From Methanobacteriota archaeon (GTDB taxonomy: Archaea > Thermoplasmatota > Poseidoniia > Poseidoniales > Poseidoniaceae): a stretch of DNA of 64,000 nucleotides. The notes under the pieces were generated by a model. That model saw only the letters and a program-made list of their open reading frames with translations, was not told the origin of the DNA and did no database searches. Positions 57,892 through 64,000 of this stretch are shown here, in pieces. The stretch's first letter is position 1. Each line of letters begins with the position of its first letter. Both the position numbers and the translations under genes were made by a program. The DNA is taken from positions 29,000-92,999 of the forward strand of contig PAAW01000025.1 of NCBI GenBank assembly GCA_002699515.1, written 5' to 3'.

Positions 57892-58518
57892 ATGTCCGAC
57901 GAAGCAAGTGACAAATTTGAAGACGAAGTAATCAAACAATTAATGGAATTATTTTCTGGAATGAATTTACCTATGGATGAAAAAATATTTGGAAATATGG
58001 TTAAGGACATGATTAAACAATTTGATATGATGGGCATAGATCCAGAAAAGTTTAATTCAAAAGATGTCAATTTCAATATTGATATAAGTTCAATTAAAGA
58101 TGCAATTTCTGGTGGTGCAGATATAGCTGAAATGTTCAACAACCTTGGATTTAAAGTTGAACAGAGACCAATTAAGAAGAAAGAAACAGTGAATATAGAC
58201 ATTAAAGAAGAATCAGGAATGGAAGAGATTCAAAATTTACCTACAGCAGATTGGTATCTTGATGGTTGGCATTTACATGCAACAACAGATGTATCTAAGT
58301 ACGATATTGTTAGCGATGAGATATCCTTACATTTAGTAAATAATGGTAAATTATTAGAAATATTTTCAACATCTCAAGTTTCCCCACTCAAGAGAATAAG
58401 TCTTCCACAATCATGTGATACTCTTGAAGAATGGGATTTAAATAATGGAATTTTAGATATGAAACTTAAGCTTAGACCACCAAGCTCTAGTGGAATGATT
58501 AGTATAGAGGAGGAATAA
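57892..58518 (+). CDS. Small heat-shock-protein-like (degenerate alpha-crystallin C-terminal domain)
   Basis: Met/Phe-rich N-terminus, [16 protein letters not shown], terminal I-x-I motif (ISIEE); 2 nt before dnaK. Confidence 0.65.
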   Translation: MSDEASDKFEDEVIKQLMELFSGMNLPMDEKIFGNMVKDMIKQFDMMGIDPEKFNSKDVNFNIDISSIKDAISGGADIAEMFNNLGFKVEQRPIKKKETVNIDIKEESGMEEIQNLPTADWYLDGWHLHATTDVSKYDIVSDEISLHLVNNGKLLEIFSTSQVSPLKRISLPQSCDTLEEWDLNNGILDMKLKLRPPSSSGMISIEEE

Positions 58519-58520
58519 AA

Positions 58521-60401
58521 ATGGGTACAGTAATTGGAATAGATTTAGGAACGACAAACAGTTGTGTGGCAACACTAGAAAATGGGGAAGCGGTAATTAT
58601 ACCAAATTCAGAAGGAGCAAGAACTACTCCTAGTGTTGTTGCATTTACAAAAGAAGGAGAAAGATTGATTGGAATCACTGCGAAACGTCAGGCAGTAACG
58701 AATTCTGATCGAACAATCCTATCTGTAAAGAGAGAAATGGGAACTAAATGGAATATGGATTTAGACGAGAATAAATATACCCCCCAGGAAGTTTCCGCAT
58801 TTATTTTGCAGAAATTAAAAGCAGATGCAGAAGCATATTTAGGACATAAGGTATCAAAGGCAGTAATTACTTGTCCAGCATATTTTACAGATGCACAAAG
58901 AAAGGCTACAAAAGATGCAGGCAGGATTGCAGGTTTAGATGTATTAAGAATTATCAACGAACCTACAGCTGCAGCACTTGCTTATGGAATAGATAAAGAA
59001 GATGATCAGACAATTTTAGTGTATGATCTGGGAGGAGGGACTTTCGATGTATCTATTTTGGAAATTTATACAGTTGATGGACAACCACAAATTGAAGTTA
59101 AGGCAACTGACGGTAATAATAGATTAGGAGGAGATGACTTTGATGAAGCAATTATTGCATGGTTAGTTTCCGATTTCAAAAAATCAACAGGAATTGATCT
59201 TAGTAATGATAACCAAGCAATGAGTAGATTGAAGGAATCTGCCGAGAAAGCAAAGATTGAATTGTCAGGAACATCACAAACTCAAATAAATCTTCCATTT
59301 ATTACAATGAAAGATGGTCAACCCGAACATCTTGATATTAATCTTACAAGGGCTAAATTTGATGAGTTAACTTCTAAATTAGTAGAATCTACAATGAAAC
59401 CTACATTGAGGGCAATGAAAGATGCAGGTATTGGAAAAAGTGAAGTTGACAAAGTAATTTTAATCGGAGGATCAACTAGGATACCTGCAGTTCAAGATGC
59501 TTTGGAGAAAGCAATTGGTAAGAAGCCATTCAAAGGAATGAATCCTGATGAAGCAGTAGCAGCAGGTGCAGCATTACAAGCAGGAATAATAGTTGGAGAT
59601 GAAGACGTAGGAGATATATTACTTCTAGATGTAACTCCACTTTCACTTGGGATAGAAACATTAGGAGGAGTAATGACACGTTTAATTGATAGAAATACAA
59701 CTATTCCAACAAGACGTAGTGAAGTATTTTCTACTGCTGCAGATAATCAACCAGCAGTAGAAGTACATGTGCTTCAAGGTGAAAGAGAATTTGCAAAAGA
59801 TAATGTTACATTAGGGCAATTCCACTTGGTTGGAATTCCAGCAGCACCACGTGGAGTGCCTCAAATTGAAGTTACATTTGATATAGATGCTAATGGAATT
59901 GTAAATGTTACAGCAAAAGATTTGGGAACTGGGACAGAACAATCTGTGAAGATTGAATCTCAAACTTCTTTATCTGAAGATGAAATCCAAACAAAAATCA
60001 ACGAAGCAGAAGAATTTGCTGAAGAAGATAAAAGAAGAAAAGCACGTGTTGATTTGCGTAATCAAGCAGATAGTATTGTTTATCAAACCAAGAAAACATT
60101 AGATGAGGCTGGAGATAAATTAGAAGATACTGAAACAGAGGGAGTTAAATCACTTCTTGATGAACTAGATTTATTAATCCGTAAAGATGATCAATTAATC
60201 GATATTGAAGAGATAGATGAGGCAGCAATTCAAGCTAAGGTTAGTGAGATTGAAGCAGCTATGCATGGTATTTCAACTAAACTTTATGAGGCTGCTGCTG
60301 CTGCTGTTTCAGAAGAACAAACTGCAACAGATGGTGCATCAATAAATATTGAAGATGATGTTGTTGATACTGATTATGAAGTAATTGATGATACTGATTG
60401 A
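58521..60401 (+). CDS. dnaK: Molecular chaperone DnaK
   Basis: [59 protein letters not shown]. Confidence 0.98.
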   Translation: MGTVIGIDLGTTNSCVATLENGEAVIIPNSEGARTTPSVVAFTKEGERLIGITAKRQAVTNSDRTILSVKREMGTKWNMDLDENKYTPQEVSAFILQKLKADAEAYLGHKVSKAVITCPAYFTDAQRKATKDAGRIAGLDVLRIINEPTAAALAYGIDKEDDQTILVYDLGGGTFDVSILEIYTVDGQPQIEVKATDGNNRLGGDDFDEAIIAWLVSDFKKSTGIDLSNDNQAMSRLKESAEKAKIELSGTSQTQINLPFITMKDGQPEHLDINLTRAKFDELTSKLVESTMKPTLRAMKDAGIGKSEVDKVILIGGSTRIPAVQDALEKAIGKKPFKGMNPDEAVAAGAALQAGIIVGDEDVGDILLLDVTPLSLGIETLGGVMTRLIDRNTTIPTRRSEVFSTAADNQPAVEVHVLQGEREFAKDNVTLGQFHLVGIPAAPRGVPQIEVTFDIDANGIVNVTAKDLGTGTEQSVKIESQTSLSEDEIQTKINEAEEFAEEDKRRKARVDLRNQADSIVYQTKKTLDEAGDKLEDTETEGVKSLLDELDLLIRKDDQLIDIEEIDEAAIQAKVSEIEAAMHGISTKLYEAAAAAVSEEQTATDGASINIEDDVVDTDYEVIDDTD

Positions 60402-60461
60402 ATGCAGGAAATATGATTTTTCTTACGATTCATTCAAAGTATGAATTAATGATGCCCATTC

Positions 60462-62081
60462 ATGGCGAGGTGGCATTTTTGGTGGATTGGCTGGCTGACC
60501 GCAGTATTAGTTACGTCTTGGTTTAGTAATGATTATCTTGTAGATATTTTTGGAAATGGGAGTTTATTTCATATATTTTCTTTATTCACAGGAGCCTTTT
60601 TAATTGGAATAATTTTATTATTTTTCCATGACTTTTTCCAAACAGCAAATCCAGTTCAAAGGCGTTTCCCTGTACTTTATTGGGGACGTTGGGTTTCAGT
60701 ACATTTAGGTCCACTTTTACGCCAATATTGGTTTGCTAATGACCTTGAAGAAAAACCATTTAATCGGGTTACTAGAAATTGGGTTTATTCGACTTCCAAA
60801 GGTAAAAATAATACAATTGGTTTTGGAAGTCAAGTTGATTTTGATGCAGTTGGAACTTATACTGTAATGCCCTCTATGTTCAAAACAAAAGAAAACGAAC
60901 ATGAAGGATATCATAGAGTAATAGGAGAACATACAGGAATAAAAAATACGGTAACATTGAAACATTTTGTTCATATCTCTGCAATGTCATTTGGTTCATT
61001 ATCATCTCGTGCTGTTTCAGCATTAAATAAAGGAGCAGGGAAAGTAGGAATATATCATAATACGGGTGAAGGTGGTTTTGCTCCATACCATCAAATGGGA
61101 GGTAATGTAATTTTTCAGCTTGGTACTGGAAAGTTTGGATGTAGAGATGAAAATGGAAACTTTTCAGACGAGGCCTTCGGTAAAATCACATCTAACAAAA
61201 ATGTTGGAATGGTTGAACTAAAATTGATGCAAGGTGCGAAGCCAGGAAAAGGAGGTATTTTGCCCAAAGAAAAAATTACTTCTGAAATAGCTGAAATTCG
61301 GAAAGTTTCAATGGGGAAGGATATACTTTCACCACCTAGACACGATGAATTTAAGGATCTTGCAGGATTATTCGATTTTTTAGATCGTTTACGCAAGATA
61401 GCAGACAAACCAATTGGAATAAAGATAGTCGCTGGACATATAGAGGAAATTGAGGCAATTGCAGAAGCAATGGCTGCTGAACCTGGTCGTGGCCCAGATT
61501 TTATTTCTGTAGATGGCGGAGAAGGAGGAACTGGTGCTGCACCTTTGGTACTTGCTAGTCATGCTGGCGTACCTATGAAACAAGGTATTGCGATGGTTGA
61601 TTGGGCTTTACGTAAACATGGGGTAAGAGATAAAGTGTATTTGTTAACCTCTGGACAGATTGCAACTCCCATTGATGTTGCAGTTGCAATGGCTCTTGGA
61701 GCAGATGGAGTCTATATTGCACGTGGTTTTATGTTAGCTTTGGGTTGTATTCAGGCTTTGGATTGTAATTCTAATAGATGCCCAACAGGTATTGCAACTC
61801 AAGATAAAAAATTAGAGAGAACACTAGATGTAGAAGCCGCTGCAAAAAGGGTTGCAAATTATGCTAAAACCTTAGAAAAAGAGGTATATATGCTATGTGA
61901 ATCTTGTGGATATTCATCGCCAGATCAATTTACTTCAGATGATATTATGGTTGTAACATCTCCTGGACATCTTGATTATCTTTCAGAACTTTACATGGTA
62001 TCTGCATTTGAAGCATCAAGAGAACGTGGTGCTGCAAAGCAAGCAGGAATGACCGTTGGAGAAATGAAATCGTCAACTTAA
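60462..62081 (+). CDS. Stand-alone FMN-binding glutamate synthase family protein with N-terminal TMs
   Basis: SAMSFGSLS, HNTGEGG, ELKLMQGAKPGKGG.LP, DGGEGGTGAAP, [3Fe-4S] CIQALDCNSNRCPTGIATQD. Confidence 0.92.
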   Translation: MARWHFWWIGWLTAVLVTSWFSNDYLVDIFGNGSLFHIFSLFTGAFLIGIILLFFHDFFQTANPVQRRFPVLYWGRWVSVHLGPLLRQYWFANDLEEKPFNRVTRNWVYSTSKGKNNTIGFGSQVDFDAVGTYTVMPSMFKTKENEHEGYHRVIGEHTGIKNTVTLKHFVHISAMSFGSLSSRAVSALNKGAGKVGIYHNTGEGGFAPYHQMGGNVIFQLGTGKFGCRDENGNFSDEAFGKITSNKNVGMVELKLMQGAKPGKGGILPKEKITSEIAEIRKVSMGKDILSPPRHDEFKDLAGLFDFLDRLRKIADKPIGIKIVAGHIEEIEAIAEAMAAEPGRGPDFISVDGGEGGTGAAPLVLASHAGVPMKQGIAMVDWALRKHGVRDKVYLLTSGQIATPIDVAVAMALGADGVYIARGFMLALGCIQALDCNSNRCPTGIATQDKKLERTLDVEAAAKRVANYAKTLEKEVYMLCESCGYSSPDQFTSDDIMVVTSPGHLDYLSELYMVSAFEASRERGAAKQAGMTVGEMKSST

Positions 62082-62205
62082 TTAAAATCTTCTTCATTTT
62101 TAATAAATTGATATAGTTCTTACAATTTTCAATGTTTTTTTGATATTAGAGAACAAATAATTTTATCATAAGAATGAACTCAGGTTTCGTTTGTTGAGAT
62201 AAACC

Positions 62206-64000
62206 ATGGCCGAAGAAAATAATATTGATGATATTAAAGATTTTTTTAAATCTAGGGGCTTAAAAGAAGGAAAAATCGATTCCTCAATATATAAAGAATT
62301 TAAAATATTTGAAGAGAGTGTTAAAGAATTTACTCAAATTTTAGAATCAAATGAGGATATTACTTGGCCTCAAATTTCACAACTTTTTAATAAACATTTA
62401 GCTGAATTTACAAGAAACTCATTTGTGATTAAAATGATGGAGGATTATATTGAAGAACAGTCAATTACAGATTTTTTTGCTAAAAATATGAAAACTTCAT
62501 CATCCGTTATGAACCAAGTTTATACTGATTTTGAAGAGGTAGTAAATGACAAACCAGCATTGGCATCATTAGAAATTTTAATACAGAGTTTAAATAAAAT
62601 TAATTTTTCTGAAAATGAGCTTGCAATCCCAGATATTTCAGTTTTTATCAAAACTACTTTGGCTATTATTTCTTCAACGATGCATACTTTAATGGAGTCT
62701 TTTATTACATATAGTTCAATGTCACGAGCATATTCAGGATTTGAAGAAAAAGAATCATATAAAAAGATTCAAAGTATTTTAGAAAAGGAAAAAGAATATT
62801 CTTTGACATTAAATGAAATGCTCAAAAATTCTAGTGAATTAATTTCCCTTCCAATATCAAATAATGAAGATTTAGATGCAACAAGAAAAGATTTATGTGA
62901 GAAACTAATTAAGTTTCATGATGTACTTATGAGTCTTCCATTGATTGAAGAATATAAAACAAATTTAGGAGATGTAAATAGTCATATGGTCACTTCTAAG
63001 TACTATCCCATGATGCCATTTGAAGCATTACAAATGTGGCCAGAAAAGAGAGATGATAGGCGTGACCTTTATTATTTAGATCTGAATAATTGGTTAGGTA
63101 TCACGCGATATTCTGAAAGGAAATCCCTAGGTAGTCCCCAAGCCTCTCGAATATTTTATAGAGATTTTTTAGATTTTATTCAAGAAAATGGTTACAAAGT
63201 TCTAAAGGTAACAGATTATAATCCTAGATATCCTGATGAAAGAAAACAACCAGTATCTGAAACGTTTGAATGGGGCGGGGAAACAAAACGATTTCGTCCT
63301 AGGGTCAACATGTTTTGTTATGCTGAAAAATGCCCATTTTCGAAAAAGGAAATGCGTTTATCGATAACCTCAGTTATGACCGAGGGGTATCTTAATTTTA
63401 CTTGTGCGGTAGGAGCAGAATTATTTGTTGAAGAAGAGCAGAATCAAGGACCAAATGATGAAGAAGCATTTGAAGGTGGAATCGTGAAATTTTTTGATAA
63501 TAAGAGAAAGAGTAGTGAATTTAAATTGAAGAGAGATCATGATTTGATGGTAAAGGCGAACCAATTCTTGGTAACATTGATGAAATCATTTGATGAATGG
63601 CAAAGGAACAATGGTTTATTAAAAAATCATAAATTTGATTCAAACCTAGTAGAACTAAATCTTAAAGGTCGTACTTTTGATAAACTTGTATTGCCTAAAA
63701 TTAAAAAACAATTGCTCGAAGATAATATATTTTCAATTCTTTTGAATTCTAAAAAACTTAAATCAATGGGTGTTGAAACAAATCGTGGTATTATGCTAGC
63801 AGGACCTCCAGGTGTAGGTAAATCTTTGACGATTGATGCAATAATTTCTAAAATTAATTGTACTGTTCTTTATGCTAATCATAGTGCGGTAGTTCGTGGC
63901 ACAGAATGGCTTTTTGATATAGCACGTCGTTATGCCCCAACAGTTTTAATTTTAGAGGACATAGATGCACTTGGAATTACTTCTCAAAGAAGTTTAGGTT
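62206..64000 (+). CDS. AAA+ ATPase with ~480-aa unknown N-terminal region (3' truncated; absent from ORF track)
   Basis: Open frame read manually from ATG 62206 to the window end; RGIMLAGPPGVGKS (Walker A) and PTVLILEDID (Walker B). Confidence 0.9.
   Translation, partial: MAEENNIDDIKDFFKSRGLKEGKIDSSIYKEFKIFEESVKEFTQILESNEDITWPQISQLFNKHLAEFTRNSFVIKMMEDYIEEQSITDFFAKNMKTSSSVMNQVYTDFEEVVNDKPALASLEILIQSLNKINFSENELAIPDISVFIKTTLAIISSTMHTLMESFITYSSMSRAYSGFEEKESYKKIQSILEKEKEYSLTLNEMLKNSSELISLPISNNEDLDATRKDLCEKLIKFHDVLMSLPLIEEYKTNLGDVNSHMVTSKYYPMMPFEALQMWPEKRDDRRDLYYLDLNNWLGITRYSERKSLGSPQASRIFYRDFLDFIQENGYKVLKVTDYNPRYPDERKQPVSETFEWGGETKRFRPRVNMFCYAEKCPFSKKEMRLSITSVMTEGYLNFTCAVGAELFVEEEQNQGPNDEEAFEGGIVKFFDNKRKSSEFKLKRDHDLMVKANQFLVTLMKSFDEWQRNNGLLKNHKFDSNLVELNLKGRTFDKLVLPKIKKQLLEDNIFSILLNSKKLKSMGVETNRGIMLAGPPGVGKSLTIDAIISKINCTVLYANHSAVVRGTEWLFDIARRYAPTVLILEDIDALGITSQRSLG

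Noticed and set aside
1..64000. CRISPR arrays, rRNA, IS elements, prophage genes, recognisable defence systems, frameshifted pseudogenes
   Set aside because: None seen. Intergenic gaps are short with no regularly spaced repeats, and the long ORFs are intact across homopolymer runs.

Overview
This is an AT-rich (roughly 30-33% GC by eye), gene-dense archaeal chromosome segment. Its gene set points to a Thermoplasmatota marine euryarchaeon, most likely Marine Group II / Ca. Poseidoniales-like; the taxon is inferred. The supporting genes are EF-1alpha, uS10, GINS51, Hjc, MC1, CDC48, thermosome, DnaK, PyrB/PyrI and Ncs6, together with GAGGTGA-type Shine-Dalgarno sites and many bacterial-type enzymes. 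About 50 CDS and one tRNA-Leu(CAA) are present. Three CDS are missing from the ORF track: a truncated P1B-ATPase, a truncated AAA+ ATPase, and a PRC-barrel gene that appears to start at ATT. No CRISPR array, rRNA, integrase or transposase was seen. The best candidates for undescribed systems are (1) a translationally coupled operon of a roadblock protein, a 1048-aa roadblock/PATAN-like/coiled-coil protein and a 2-TM protein, with no GTPase, and (2) a His-rich beta-propeller coupled to an SCO lipoprotein plus a divergent Cys-less cupredoxin, a possible surface copper-enzyme system. Other highlights: a presenilin-family protease with a ~335-aa inserted domain, a 33-bp operator-like dyad over the sHSP-dnaK promoter, a plant-like CTP synthase, a mycobacterial Sdh1-like (type F) succinate dehydrogenase, a Trm9-like/Ncs6 wobble-uridine gene pair and a high-GC mosaic tract. 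All domain calls come from motif recognition by eye; no database searches were run.
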